This document shows positions 20,707 through 31,429 of a DNA stretch of 64,000 nucleotides, piece by piece. Both the position numbers and the translations under genes were made by a program. The notes beneath the pieces were generated by a model. That model was not told the DNA's origin. It made no database searches and saw nothing but the letters and a program-made list of their open reading frames with translations. The stretch's first letter is position 1; every line of letters starts with the position of its first letter. This DNA comes from Myxococcota bacterium (GTDB lineage Bacteria > Myxococcota_A > Bradymonadia > UBA7976 > UBA1532): positions 32,001 to 96,000 of the forward strand of contig JAYZEG010000011.1 of NCBI GenBank assembly GCA_036337435.1, read 5' to 3'.

Positions 20707-23700
20707 ATGAAGTTGTTTTATCTGTTGGGACTACTCGTCCTGAGCTTTGGCTGTGGCGACGTGAGTTTTCTGAGCGGAGAAAGAAGCGTTGGTTTGAGCA
20801 AAACAACTCAGGCTGGCGGACCCGTGGTCATTTATGATGTTCTCGCGAAGCCGTTACCGGAAATCCCACTGCCGAATGACCAAGCGACCCGACTGGATCC
20901 AAACTCCATTACCGGACGCCGTCTCAACGTCAGTCAGGATGCACCGACCGCTTATGAACGGCGGGCCAGAGCTGAATTTAATAGCATGGATGGCTTCGGC
21001 ACATACAGCCCCATTACCGTCAGTTTCGATTCGAAGTTAGACATTGTCAAACTCCAGGAGAGACACCTGGACACAGACTTCACAAACGATGCTGTCTATG
21101 TCTTGAACGTCAGTCCTGAATGCCAACGCTTCGGCGAAGAAGTTGGGCTGGACATGGGGCGAGGACGCTTCCCGATTACTCTGTTTAAACGCGAGCGAAT
21201 GAAATTCGACCCCGATGCACCTCATGGCTTTATCATGCAGGGCGGAAACCTATTATTCGACTTTGACAATCAAGGCTTCCTCAACAATTTAATGTACGCG
21301 GAGCTCAATGAACCGGACACCAATGGTGATGGTGTTCTTCAGGTTGATGAGGACCTCGATCAAGACGGTGTAAGAGACAGAGCCAATTTCATTAATCCTG
21401 GCGCGTGTGATTCGAACACGCCCTTTGCGTGCGCTGAGACATGTTCTGACGACAGCTGTTTTCAGGCCTGTCTCTTGGAGCACGACCGCTGTGTAGCGGA
21501 TAATTTAATCAACTTCTATGAATACGAGACGAACACGCTTGTGCTGCGACCGATTTGGCCGCTCGAACAGAAATGCACCTATGCGGTTGTCTTGACCAAG
21601 CGGTTGACAGACGAAGATGACAGACCCGTTGAGTCCCCATTCCCAGGAGTCAACCCTCGGAACCAAACTCAGGCTCTCGAGCCCTTGGCAGGTCTCCTTC
21701 CCAAATACGGATTAGGCCTATCAGATATTGCCTTTGCTTGGACATTTACAACGGGGGACATGACAGGTGACATAGAGGCCATTCGCGCTGGACTCTATGG
21801 CAGCGGTCCATTCGCCCAGTTACAAGCCGATTTCCCAACGGAGACATCCATGACCCTCTGGCCCCTAAACGACTTAACCGAGCTGGAGTATTCTGGGACG
21901 ATGATGGATGGTGCATGCGGAGGTGGCGCGGTCAGTCTCTACTGGAATATCGGTATGGGAGAGTGGGAAGCAAACCTCTGTGCGTTAGAAGCCGACTTAA
22001 GTGGGATGTCCGGTATTTTTGGTGGGACATTTGATGCACCCTATCTCCTGAACGACAAAGATGGTCATGCCACTGAGACCTATCCCGCTGACAACGACGA
22101 AGTATGGCGGATAGACCCCCATAACGGCACCATTGAATACGGGCGCGCTGAGGTCTCATTCTGGTGTAGCCTGCCCATTGAAGCCGATGATTGCCAATCG
22201 GGAAATCCAGAAAATAAGCCGTTTTGTAAACCCTTCCCAACCATTCTTTATGCTCATGGTTATGGCGGAAGTCGTGCTGAAATTGCCAGCCACATGGGTC
22301 GGCACAATTCCATGGGCTACGCCATCTGCGCATTGGATGGACCCGGGCATGGCGGAAACGCGTTAATTCTGAATCCAGATGCCGCCGCCACCTTCGCTGC
22401 AGGCATTGGCTTTTTTGAACAATATTATTCGACGCCGCTCATCGGGATGCTGACTAGAGGACGGGACCGAGACCTCAATAACGATGGGATTCCAGACCCC
22501 GGTGGTGACATGTGGACATCCGACTTGTTCCACACCCGCGACATGGTTCGACAGGCTGCGGTAGAATATATCCAATTCATTCGCATTCTCAGGTCATTTG
22601 GCGAGGGCGGTAATTTGGGGGATTTTACCGGGGATGGAAAAACGGACATTGGTGGACGTGACGGGACCATAGGCATGTGGGGTATTTCTCTCGGTGGCGT
22701 CATTTCAGGTGTCATGGCCGGTGCTGAACCGGGTCTCGACAGCGTGTCTCCGAACGCCGGTGGGGCCGGCCTTTCGGACATCGCGTCTCGCGCCTCTCAG
22801 TCCGGCGTTCCGGAGGCTGTTCTTCTCCCGATTGTTGGGCCATTGATCGCGGGTTGTCTGCCGGTTGACGAACACCAACAACCCTTGGCAGCAGACGTTG
22901 CCACGGAGGCTGATTGTCTCGGCGTTGGTGCGTCAGCAGGTCAGGGCGGCACAATGACCTTCGGTTTTATGGCCAACGACGTTGCCCGGCTGCGCAAGGT
23001 GAAGATCGGTCAGGTTTCTGGTGTGAAACCAGGTGATCGAATCGTCATCAGGAATCTGGTTAATGACGAACATGTCGCGGGTTGGGTGAACGAGCGTGGA
23101 CGAGTCAGACTCGGCATTCCTGCTGATGCGATAGACGCGGTCTCGAGACGGTCCTTGTTGGGATTCGAGGACGGTTCCACCGAGCCACGTCGAGCTGACG
23201 ACCCGACCCAGCTTGGTGATGCGCTTACCATTACAGTTTACGAGGGCGATACGGAGACGGTTCGAGGTGTTGTTGACACCTGGCAGACCGATGTGACGTT
23301 TCAAGGCACCATATACACGGAAGGGACACCCTTGGTCGCTCTGTACGAAGGGTATGGTCTGCCGCGAAATTCGCCACGGTTTAGACGTTTTCTCGGTCTG
23401 GCTCAATCAGGGATTAGTAAAGCCGATCCAGCCATCTGGGGTGTTCACACATTCATGGAACCACTTCAGTTTCCTTATGATCCCAACGGCCGTACACGAG
23501 GCGGTGATACAAAAGTGCTGATGATGCCCACTGCAGGAGATAAGAATGTTCCGGCCAGTGCTGGCATTGCCATGGGGCGGGTCTCTGGTGTCCTCGGATC
23601 ATGGAAACATGATCCGTCCATTCCCAAGGAGCATGGCTGGCGTGAGATCTTCAAGCCTGACCCCCGGTATGGAAAGTCTCCCGATGAGCACTTGATCGAT

Positions 23701-24366
23701 GTATACGCCATCGAAGGAGACGGGAGACTACAGCGTTATTCCGATAATCCCAACAACCCGAATGTCATTTTTGATGTTGATAATGTCAGTGATGGGCGGG
23801 CCTTGTTCTCATGTGGAGACAGTGATTGGAGTGGCCGGAATGGAGAGAATAAATGTCCTGCAGCAGTCAAAGGGTCTGGTCCGGATTGCGCTGCGGATAC
23901 CGATTGCGAAGCCGATGGCGCACGCTGTATCAACGGGTTGTGTGAAGTGTTTTTTCCAATCCCGCGTCCAGAAAGTGGTGGACTTCGCCTGAATTGGGCT
24001 CATCCCGATGGTCGCTTCAATGCCTTTCGACTGCCTCTTCTGCGACCGGCGGGCCAGCATGGGATCTACAACGCCCAATCCTTTCGTGAATTTGATGCAG
24101 ATGCGTACATGGTTAATTTCACAATTCGCTTTCTAGGGACGCGCGGAGCGAAAGTCGATCATGTTGACGGCTGCGATTGCAGCGCGTCAGCACTCCCCAA
24201 TATTACTGTTGATGGACGAGCTGTAAATCCAGCCCTCTTTCTCAAACGCACTGACCAAGTTGATCAGTCGTGTCAAACCTCGGATTTGAAAGTGTGTTCG
24301 TCTGAATGTGCAGCGATTTGGGGGATTAAGACGCCGGTTGAGTCCGCTTGCATCATGCCCAATTAA
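20707..24366 (+). CDS. Giant lipoprotein with alpha/beta-hydrolase core, paralog of 15744..19130
   Basis: Shares PLPEIPLPND, FHTRD.VRQ, GISLGG, GDKNVP and QHG with the first copy; lipobox-like SFGC. Confidence 0.8.
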   Translation: MKLFYLLGLLVLSFGCGDVSFLSGERSVGLSKTTQAGGPVVIYDVLAKPLPEIPLPNDQATRLDPNSITGRRLNVSQDAPTAYERRARAEFNSMDGFGTYSPITVSFDSKLDIVKLQERHLDTDFTNDAVYVLNVSPECQRFGEEVGLDMGRGRFPITLFKRERMKFDPDAPHGFIMQGGNLLFDFDNQGFLNNLMYAELNEPDTNGDGVLQVDEDLDQDGVRDRANFINPGACDSNTPFACAETCSDDSCFQACLLEHDRCVADNLINFYEYETNTLVLRPIWPLEQKCTYAVVLTKRLTDEDDRPVESPFPGVNPRNQTQALEPLAGLLPKYGLGLSDIAFAWTFTTGDMTGDIEAIRAGLYGSGPFAQLQADFPTETSMTLWPLNDLTELEYSGTMMDGACGGGAVSLYWNIGMGEWEANLCALEADLSGMSGIFGGTFDAPYLLNDKDGHATETYPADNDEVWRIDPHNGTIEYGRAEVSFWCSLPIEADDCQSGNPENKPFCKPFPTILYAHGYGGSRAEIASHMGRHNSMGYAICALDGPGHGGNALILNPDAAATFAAGIGFFEQYYSTPLIGMLTRGRDRDLNNDGIPDPGGDMWTSDLFHTRDMVRQAAVEYIQFIRILRSFGEGGNLGDFTGDGKTDIGGRDGTIGMWGISLGGVISGVMAGAEPGLDSVSPNAGGAGLSDIASRASQSGVPEAVLLPIVGPLIAGCLPVDEHQQPLAADVATEADCLGVGASAGQGGTMTFGFMANDVARLRKVKIGQVSGVKPGDRIVIRNLVNDEHVAGWVNERGRVRLGIPADAIDAVSRRSLLGFEDGSTEPRRADDPTQLGDALTITVYEGDTETVRGVVDTWQTDVTFQGTIYTEGTPLVALYEGYGLPRNSPRFRRFLGLAQSGISKADPAIWGVHTFMEPLQFPYDPNGRTRGGDTKVLMMPTAGDKNVPASAGIAMGRVSGVLGSWKHDPSIPKEHGWREIFKPDPRYGKSPDEHLIDVYAIEGDGRLQRYSDNPNNPNVIFDVDNVSDGRALFSCGDSDWSGRNGENKCPAAVKGSGPDCAADTDCEADGARCINGLCEVFFPIPRPESGGLRLNWAHPDGRFNAFRLPLLRPAGQHGIYNAQSFREFDADAYMVNFTIRFLGTRGAKVDHVDGCDCSASALPNITVDGRAVNPALFLKRTDQVDQSCQTSDLKVCSSECAAIWGIKTPVESACIMPN

Positions 24367-24480
24367 GACATCCTTTGACCGGCTGAACGTGTCCGTCTAA
24401 ACTCTGTTGAGGCGATCTGAGTTAACCGCTCAACTAAATGCGTGTAACGAGATGAGTCCGTTAGTCGAATAGGGGTCGTT

Positions 24481-25422
24481 TTGCGAGGTCAATTTATCGT
24501 TTGTATCATCTGTGCCTGGGCCTGTGCCTGTACTGGAAACACTCAGCCTGATTTGTCGAACCACCCCGTTGCTGAAGCGGTGCCATCGCCCTCGTCAGCT
24601 GCCGCTGTGACGAACAAATCAATCGCTGCAGAGGGTCTCCAAAACGAAGTACTTGCCGTCTTGGATCTGCGTACGCTCGAGGAAGCAGGCCGCTTTAGAG
24701 ACTTGGAAAGCCGGCGCGCAGCACCGGTGTCGGATCCTTTTTACAAGCGGGAAAAACCGACGTTCGAAGGCTATGGACTCGCTGATATCTTGGCTTTGTC
24801 CCCGACGTTTCAAACACTCGATCCAAGACGCCATAGCCTGCGTTTCGTTTGTCTTGATGGGTATAAAACGACCTTTTCTTTGGATAGTATACGCGGCGGA
24901 AGGGGCGTGATTGCGACAAAAATTCTGGGGGATGCCCATGTTCCTTGGCCGACTCAGACTCGTGGTAAACAGAAACAAACAGCCGGGCCCTACTACTTGG
25001 TTTGGGATGCTGAAAACTACGATGAAAAGCGTCCATGGCCTTATCAGTTGACTCAAATTGAGTTCATTTCTAATGACGTGGTTGATCGTCGTTTGGGTGG
25101 TCACCTCACGAATATCAATCGTGCGGGGGAGACCCTCTTTCGCACCTATTGCTTGGCGTGTCACTCGGTCAATCTTCAAGGTGGTCAATTAGGCCCTGAA
25201 TTGAATGTTCCAAAAAACATTACCGAGTATCGTTCCCAAGATTATCTCCTCGCATTCATCAAGAACCCGCAGGATTTTAGGGCCGGTAGTGTGATGCCTC
25301 CAAGTCCTTTGAAGACCGATGAGATCAAATCTGTTCTCGCGTATCTCGGTCAGTTAAAGCAATCGAAAGTCTGCGCCAGTGCGTCCCAGTGCAACGATTA
25401 CATGGACTCGTTGAAACAATAG
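24481..25422 (+). CDS. Lipoprotein: molybdopterin-oxidoreductase-like N-domain plus c-type cytochrome
   Basis: CLDGY, GPYYLVW, WPYQL; heme motif CLACH, GPELN, distal Met (SVMP). Confidence 0.8.
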   Translation: MRGQFIVCIICAWACACTGNTQPDLSNHPVAEAVPSPSSAAAVTNKSIAAEGLQNEVLAVLDLRTLEEAGRFRDLESRRAAPVSDPFYKREKPTFEGYGLADILALSPTFQTLDPRRHSLRFVCLDGYKTTFSLDSIRGGRGVIATKILGDAHVPWPTQTRGKQKQTAGPYYLVWDAENYDEKRPWPYQLTQIEFISNDVVDRRLGGHLTNINRAGETLFRTYCLACHSVNLQGGQLGPELNVPKNITEYRSQDYLLAFIKNPQDFRAGSVMPPSPLKTDEIKSVLAYLGQLKQSKVCASASQCNDYMDSLKQ

Positions 25423-25569
25423 CGGTGCGGCCTTACCCCTCACAATCGGCGGGTCCAAGTGCGCTGTAAATTCGGTGTGGTGCCAGGTTCGTTCGGACAA
25501 TGAACCGTAACCTGAAAAACCGCTGTAGCATCTAGGCACCGAGAGGGATGGAACAGGGAGGAGCGGACC

Positions 25570-28500
25570 ATGAGACGACTGTATGCGTGTATCTTAGTGC
25601 TGGGTTTGTGTGCGTGCACATCAGACAACCCGGACTTGTCTTTCGATGACCCGAGACAAACCGGGGTAGATGCGATTCTCATGTCGACGGATGGTGCCAT
25701 TCAAACCGATGGGATGAATTCTGCGGTCGGTGATGCTGCTGGACTCGACTTAGATGGCTCCGTCGGTCCGGGAAGCGATGGGTCACAAAGCGAACAGAAC
25801 GACGGCGGTATTCGGGCCGCTGACGGCCGCCCGGCGGACGGGTCCAGCGACAGCACTACACTGGATTCGCAGCTCGCGATTGACATGTCAACCGGCCCGG
25901 ACGGTTCACCGGCCGATGGTCGTGTTGCCCCAGACGGTGTGGTGCCAGTCCTCGACGCCGATGGTGACGGATTCGATGTTGAGAGCGATTGCAATGACGC
26001 GGACGCCACGGTAAATCCGGCCGCCGTGGAGAGCTGCGATGGAATTGATAATGACTGCGATACCATTGTTGATGAGGGGTGGCCTGAGCTTGGGAATGAC
26101 TGTAGCAAAGGCGTAGGGGCGTGCATCAGTGAGGGGCAATTCCAGTGTGCACAAGATGGTAATTCACTGATTTGTGATGCGGTGGTCATCGAACCCGCAG
26201 CCGATATCTGTGACGGAATCGATAACGATTGTGATGGCGTCGTCGACGAAAATGCAGCCAATTGTTGTGAGCCGGGACAGGCCCGTCCATGCGGACAAGA
26301 GGTTGGTCAGTGTCGGCTTGGACGTCAACGCTGTCTGCCTAATGGGCAGTTTGGTGCATGCGTTGGTGCGGAACAAGCTCAAGCCGAGAGCTGTAATGGA
26401 CTCGACGATGATTGTGATGGGGAGAGTGACGAAGGCGTTTTGAATGCGTGTGGAGGTTGTGGTCCTGTTCCCAAGGACATTTGCAACGGGCGTGACGATG
26501 ATTGTGATGGTTCCATCGACGAAGGCGTTCTCAATGCTTGCGGTGGCTGCGGACTTGATCCATCTGAAATATGCGACGACTTGGATAACGACTGTGATGG
26601 CGAGGTCGACGAGGGTGTCATTAACGCATGCGGGTCGTGTGGCGCGGTGCCCACTGAGGTATGCAATCGCCTGGACGATGATTGTGATGGTTCCATCGAC
26701 GAAGGGTTCGCAGTGGATTGTGATGAATGCGAACAGCGGCAACCGGAACGTTGCGATGGGTTAGATAATGATTGCGATGGTGCCATCGATGAAGGTGTTT
26801 TGAATGCGTGTGGAATTTGCGGCGATCTCGCTGACGAAGCATGCAACGGCAATGACGATGATTGCGACGGTGCCACAGATGAAGGTGTCCTCAACGCTTG
26901 TGGCCGATGTGGCCTTGTTCCTGTTGAAACTTGCAATAACCAAGACGACGACTGCGACGGTCAAGTGGATGAGGGTTTCGAGCCTGGCTGCGGTGATTGT
27001 GTTCGCAGCGAACCTGAGCGTTGTGACCGGGTAGACAACGATTGTGATGGCGATATCGACGAAGGTGTTCTGAATGCGTGCGGTGCATGCGGCGATGTGC
27101 CAGCGGAGGTCTGCGACGGTGCAGATAATGATTGCGATGACGATATCGACGAAGGCGTTTTGAATGCGTGCGGTGCGTGCGGCGATGTGCCAGCGGAGGT
27201 CTGCGACGGCGTCGATAATGATTGCGATGACGATATTGACGAAGGCGTTTTGAACGCCTGCGGTGCGTGCGGCGATGTGCCAGCCGAGGTCTGCGACGGT
27301 GCAGATAATGATTGCGACGGCACCATCGACGAAGGCGTTTTGAACGACTGCGGTGCGTGCGGCGATGTGCCAGCGGAGGTCTGCGACGGTGTAGACGATG
27401 ATTGCGACGGCACCATCGACGAAGGCGTTTTGAATGCGTGCGGTGCGTGCGGCGAGGTGCCTGCAGAAGAATGTAATGGGCTTGATGATGACTGTGATGG
27501 TCAGACCGATGAATCTCTCGACTTCTGTGTCGCTTATCTCGGCGTCATCGACGGGCCCGACGGAGGTCTAAGACTCGGTCGAGAACTTCAAGTTATCGGT
27601 GACTTAGATGACGATGGCAACGATGATGTAATCGCTCACGGTCAGCGCAACGGTCAAGGGGTTATCTCCGCTTTGAGTGGGGCATCGAGAGCAGCCATCT
27701 GGACGAGGCGAGGTGATGGACCACTCGGAAACAGTTTGGCTTTGACCGGACCTGACGTACAGGCAGCAGACTTGTTGGCCGGCGCGCCGACAGGGTTTAA
27801 TGGTGCCATTCGTCAATTCGATCGGGCCGGACAACCCGGTGAAATTTTCCGAGGCGACAATGGATTTCGTCTCGGTGATGTCATGACCTCAACACCCGGA
27901 TTATCGGGCCTCGTTTTGGCCGCGCCCGACGTTTCGGGCCGAACGGGGGGACTGCTACATATCCTAAATGATGTGAATACGTATATCGCCGGGGAAACCT
28001 TTGGCCAGCGTTTTGGTGAGAGGGTGTATCTCATACCCGATTTGGATGACGACGGTCGAGCCGACATCATCGCCACTGTCCGTTATCGTCTTAACTTCAG
28101 AAGCGAAAGAGCCACGGTTTACATCGGGAGTTCTAACTGGAATCAACGCAGCGAACAGCTCAGAGCTGGGGATACGGATGCCAGTTTTGGTGAGAGCATC
28201 GCTTGGGGGTCATTTGTACGGCCCAACGAGCTGGTATTTGTCTATGGTGCCCCAGATTATGATGCACCTGGCGTCTCGAATGCGGGTGCTCTATTTGTGG
28301 TCGACCGCCAAGGGCGCTTTTTGACCAGCGCGATTCGTGGTGCTGATGCCGATGGGCGTATCGGACGCAGGATGGCGACCTATCGCCGTCGCGGCGATGG
28401 TCGGGACCGCTTGATCGTTGGCGGCCAAAGCATGGGTCGTATTGAAATCATGCGTTTTGCTGATGTGGGTGGTGTACCCAGTGTTGTCGAGAGAACTCGA

Positions 28501-28641
28501 TTTGCACCCGATGGTGTTGGTCGCTCCTTTGGATTTTCGGTGGCGGTGACGCGCAAGGGACCAGATGGCCGAGCCTGGATGTATGTCGGAGAACCCGATC
28601 GTGGTGACAATGGGGCCGTGCACATCTATTCGATTCGATAG
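25570..28641 (+). CDS. Surface lipoprotein with 15 MopE-like Cys/Asp repeats and a C-terminal FG-GAP/integrin-alpha-like propeller
   Basis: 15 copies of CxxxD(N/D)DCDxxxDE; GDLDDDGNDD, DLDDDGRAD, YGAP...GALFV. Confidence 0.88.
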   Translation: MRRLYACILVLGLCACTSDNPDLSFDDPRQTGVDAILMSTDGAIQTDGMNSAVGDAAGLDLDGSVGPGSDGSQSEQNDGGIRAADGRPADGSSDSTTLDSQLAIDMSTGPDGSPADGRVAPDGVVPVLDADGDGFDVESDCNDADATVNPAAVESCDGIDNDCDTIVDEGWPELGNDCSKGVGACISEGQFQCAQDGNSLICDAVVIEPAADICDGIDNDCDGVVDENAANCCEPGQARPCGQEVGQCRLGRQRCLPNGQFGACVGAEQAQAESCNGLDDDCDGESDEGVLNACGGCGPVPKDICNGRDDDCDGSIDEGVLNACGGCGLDPSEICDDLDNDCDGEVDEGVINACGSCGAVPTEVCNRLDDDCDGSIDEGFAVDCDECEQRQPERCDGLDNDCDGAIDEGVLNACGICGDLADEACNGNDDDCDGATDEGVLNACGRCGLVPVETCNNQDDDCDGQVDEGFEPGCGDCVRSEPERCDRVDNDCDGDIDEGVLNACGACGDVPAEVCDGADNDCDDDIDEGVLNACGACGDVPAEVCDGVDNDCDDDIDEGVLNACGACGDVPAEVCDGADNDCDGTIDEGVLNDCGACGDVPAEVCDGVDDDCDGTIDEGVLNACGACGEVPAEECNGLDDDCDGQTDESLDFCVAYLGVIDGPDGGLRLGRELQVIGDLDDDGNDDVIAHGQRNGQGVISALSGASRAAIWTRRGDGPLGNSLALTGPDVQAADLLAGAPTGFNGAIRQFDRAGQPGEIFRGDNGFRLGDVMTSTPGLSGLVLAAPDVSGRTGGLLHILNDVNTYIAGETFGQRFGERVYLIPDLDDDGRADIIATVRYRLNFRSERATVYIGSSNWNQRSEQLRAGDTDASFGESIAWGSFVRPNELVFVYGAPDYDAPGVSNAGALFVVDRQGRFLTSAIRGADADGRIGRRMATYRRRGDGRDRLIVGGQSMGRIEIMRFADVGGVPSVVERTRFAPDGVGRSFGFSVAVTRKGPDGRAWMYVGEPDRGDNGAVHIYSIR
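27043..27465 (+). repeat. Near-identical 90-bp coding tandem repeat (about 4.5 copies)
   Basis: Units begin gaagg(t/c)gtt at 27061, 27151, 27241, 27331 and 27421. Confidence 0.9.
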
Positions 28642-28643
28642 GT

Positions 28644-31196
28644 CTAGAATGTTCCGTGGGCACCAATGGTGGGTAAGATATATTTCACTGGACTCTCACC
28701 CGCTTCGATTTGCTCGCCTTGATAGGTTAGGTTGATGATGTCGACATAAAAATCAACCTGATATGTGTCTTCTACCCAAAGGAAGTCGAAACGGAGATCT
28801 GCCTGAAAATAGCCATCCAGGCGGGTGTTTGATGACAGATCGAATCGTCCGGAATTGTAGTGTAAGCGCGTCCCCAGTATATAATCCTGACCAAGACGAT
28901 ACGAGATCACCAGGTTTGCTATGTGAGTTTGGTCTAGGGGGTCGATGACCCATTGGTTCCCGACACGGCGCTCAATGCGTTGGAGCGTATAGGCTAACCA
29001 TCCAAACACGCGCGATGTACGCTGTTTGCGAAGCATGATTTCTGTTCCGAATGCCCGGCCCGCCTGTAAGGGAATGCGAAATGTTTCCGAGCTCTCGCCC
29101 AAGTCCATGGTGTCTTCACGTTCATCTCCATCGTCATCTTCAAATCGAGTTGAAATGAGATTCTTTCGATAGGCAAAGTAGCTGGTGATGTCCATCGAGT
29201 AGCCGCTTTCAAATCCCTGCTCGACGCCTATGGCCACCTGCCGAGATTGTTGGAGCGGACTCGAGAGTTCAAGATCCCCCAACCCGGGGACGGGTAAAAA
29301 AAATCGCTGCTGAGCGTGCGCGACGCCAACGTGTGCTTTAAGAGCCCGGTTTGGCGTCTGCTGAAATCGGAGGCCTACCCGTGGGTCGATGCCAGTTCTA
29401 TCGACGTTTCGATAGTAGTCGAAGCGTGCGCTCGGATTGAGTTGCCATCGATCTTGGGTGAAGGTTATGGAATGGTAGCCACCCACGATATATTTTGGTT
29501 CGTTGGGGCTGATAAAGTTGAATGCCTCAAAACCGTCATTCTGGTCAGCTGTGGTACTGGCTTGATTCACCGTCGGCCGAACTTCTAAATCTACACCCGT
29601 CTCGATGGACAGCGATTCGGACACATCCGATGACCAGCTGATTCGAGGTCGAATGCTATATTCTCTCAGGCCGTCAATCTGGGTGTCCCCCTCTTCATCT
29701 GCCTCAACATCGGCCTCGTCAGCAGGTGTAATCATCCGGTCTGCACCGAGGTCAAGCCCGAAGGAAACTCGATGACGACCGACCGGGATGGTGTATTGAA
29801 CATTAAACCGATGGAAGTCGACCATGAATCGATTCTTTGCATCGCGTCCATCACCAATTTCATCTTGGGCACCAAAGACGGTCAGTTTGAGTTGATGTCG
29901 GTTCTTGAAGCGATGGTCGATTCGCGCCAGATAGTCCCAGAAGTTTAGGTAGGCATCCGATGAAACGAGCGTCAATAAAAGGCCAGTATAGCTATACCGA
30001 CCACCAAGAGTAATCCGCGTAGACCCGTCATTGACTGGAATCGATAAGAGTGCACCTGTTTGGAATAGATTGATATCCAGGTCTCCAACCCAATAATCCT
30101 TTTCGGCGACACGGGTTTTCGCTTCCACAATTCCGCCCAGAAAACGTCCGTTGCGCACTGGGGCAACACCTGGATAAAAGTCGACTTGGTCGACGAGTTG
30201 CGGGTGGATCACGCTGGTTCCGATCCCAAGATGGAACAAAAGTGGAATCGACGTCCCATCCACAAAGTAGCCCGTATCTCCAGGGGGGGCACCGCGTACG
30301 ATGGGAAATGGAAGAAAATTTGTAAAACTGCCCACGCCGGGGAGTGACTGAATGACCCGGAGTGGATCCCCCATCGTGCCTGCAACATGGGTTAATTCGA
30401 ATCGATCGAGACTCACACGTTGAGTTTCCCGTTGTTGTCTGCCAAACACGACCATTGAAGAGGCATCCAGGTTCTCTGGTGTAATCAGCCAATCAGGTAG
30501 ACTTAAAGGCTCATCACTTACTTCAATGGCTCGAGTGACGTTTAAGTATGCGTCGTCCTCGATAAACGCTTTATAGGCACCGGGTGGTAAGCTGACCGTG
30601 AAACGCCCGTCGAGACCTGAAAAGGCTTCAAAGTTGCCTGGCTCAAACCGAATCACTATGCCGGCCAAGACCCTTCGAATTCCGCGACTCATGATGCGTC
30701 CATCAACTTGGCTTAAGCGGACTTTGTTCTCGGTATTTTTCTTTGCTGGCTCGTCTTGGACGACTGGAGCATTAAAAATCCAAGTCACCTTCATTTTGGT
30801 GGTGATCGCTTTACCGGACTGCGTTGCAGGTTCAAATCGCCAGAATGGTAAAGTTTCTCGAAAGGCTGTGAAAAACTCAACGGGATCGGAGCCAACATGT
30901 TCCGCGTTTGACACATGGCCACTCTCATCGATGGTCAGCATCACAATTGTACGGCCCTTGACGATGCCTGAAGCCTGTAAAGTCGATGGGAACGCAGGTT
31001 CCCTATGCTCAATCAATTTCGGAGGTTCGATACTTTGACTGAGTGGTTTATCTGACGCCAGCGGCTTGACTTTTGATGAGTCATTTTCGTGTTTGCTAGG
31101 TTTTGTGGGCTGCTGACTGGGCTTGCCATGCGCGACGGACAGAAGAACCATCCCGGCCATCACGAGTCGTGCGTTGAATTCCGATCTTAGCAACAT
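28644..31196 (-). CDS. TonB-dependent receptor with N-terminal TonB C-terminal domain and carboxypeptidase-regulatory-like domain
   Basis: P.FP...G...V.LTIDESG.V...WRFEPA; plug GDPLRVIQSLPGV, VRGAPPGDT; barrel ending LPTIGAHGTF; start uncertain. Confidence 0.88.
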   Translation of the reverse strand: MLLRSEFNARLVMAGMVLLSVAHGKPSQQPTKPSKHENDSSKVKPLASDKPLSQSIEPPKLIEHREPAFPSTLQASGIVKGRTIVMLTIDESGHVSNAEHVGSDPVEFFTAFRETLPFWRFEPATQSGKAITTKMKVTWIFNAPVVQDEPAKKNTENKVRLSQVDGRIMSRGIRRVLAGIVIRFEPGNFEAFSGLDGRFTVSLPPGAYKAFIEDDAYLNVTRAIEVSDEPLSLPDWLITPENLDASSMVVFGRQQRETQRVSLDRFELTHVAGTMGDPLRVIQSLPGVGSFTNFLPFPIVRGAPPGDTGYFVDGTSIPLLFHLGIGTSVIHPQLVDQVDFYPGVAPVRNGRFLGGIVEAKTRVAEKDYWVGDLDINLFQTGALLSIPVNDGSTRITLGGRYSYTGLLLTLVSSDAYLNFWDYLARIDHRFKNRHQLKLTVFGAQDEIGDGRDAKNRFMVDFHRFNVQYTIPVGRHRVSFGLDLGADRMITPADEADVEADEEGDTQIDGLREYSIRPRISWSSDVSESLSIETGVDLEVRPTVNQASTTADQNDGFEAFNFISPNEPKYIVGGYHSITFTQDRWQLNPSARFDYYRNVDRTGIDPRVGLRFQQTPNRALKAHVGVAHAQQRFFLPVPGLGDLELSSPLQQSRQVAIGVEQGFESGYSMDITSYFAYRKNLISTRFEDDDGDEREDTMDLGESSETFRIPLQAGRAFGTEIMLRKQRTSRVFGWLAYTLQRIERRVGNQWVIDPLDQTHIANLVISYRLGQDYILGTRLHYNSGRFDLSSNTRLDGYFQADLRFDFLWVEDTYQVDFYVDIINLTYQGEQIEAGESPVKYILPTIGAHGTF

Positions 31197-31429
31197 GAAT
31201 GGTGGCGTCCAGTCGACAAATAACAGAGATGAAGTACATTGTGTTTCGATGAGGAGACAACTCAAAACGTCTCTGGAAGACCGATTACAAGGCCACGGAC
31301 GCGTCACTTCGCATTGTCATACCCTTGCTCATTAAAGCAAACGTCTATATTCCGTGTCTGAGATCGTATAGACCAAGACAGGCGTTATGCCCTAGGTTGA
31401 CAGACACCCCCATTGGTGGAGACGACGGG

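Noticed and set aside
27043..27465. Regular repeats as a possible CRISPR array
   Set aside because: In-frame 90-bp coding repeats with no unique spacers and no cas genes
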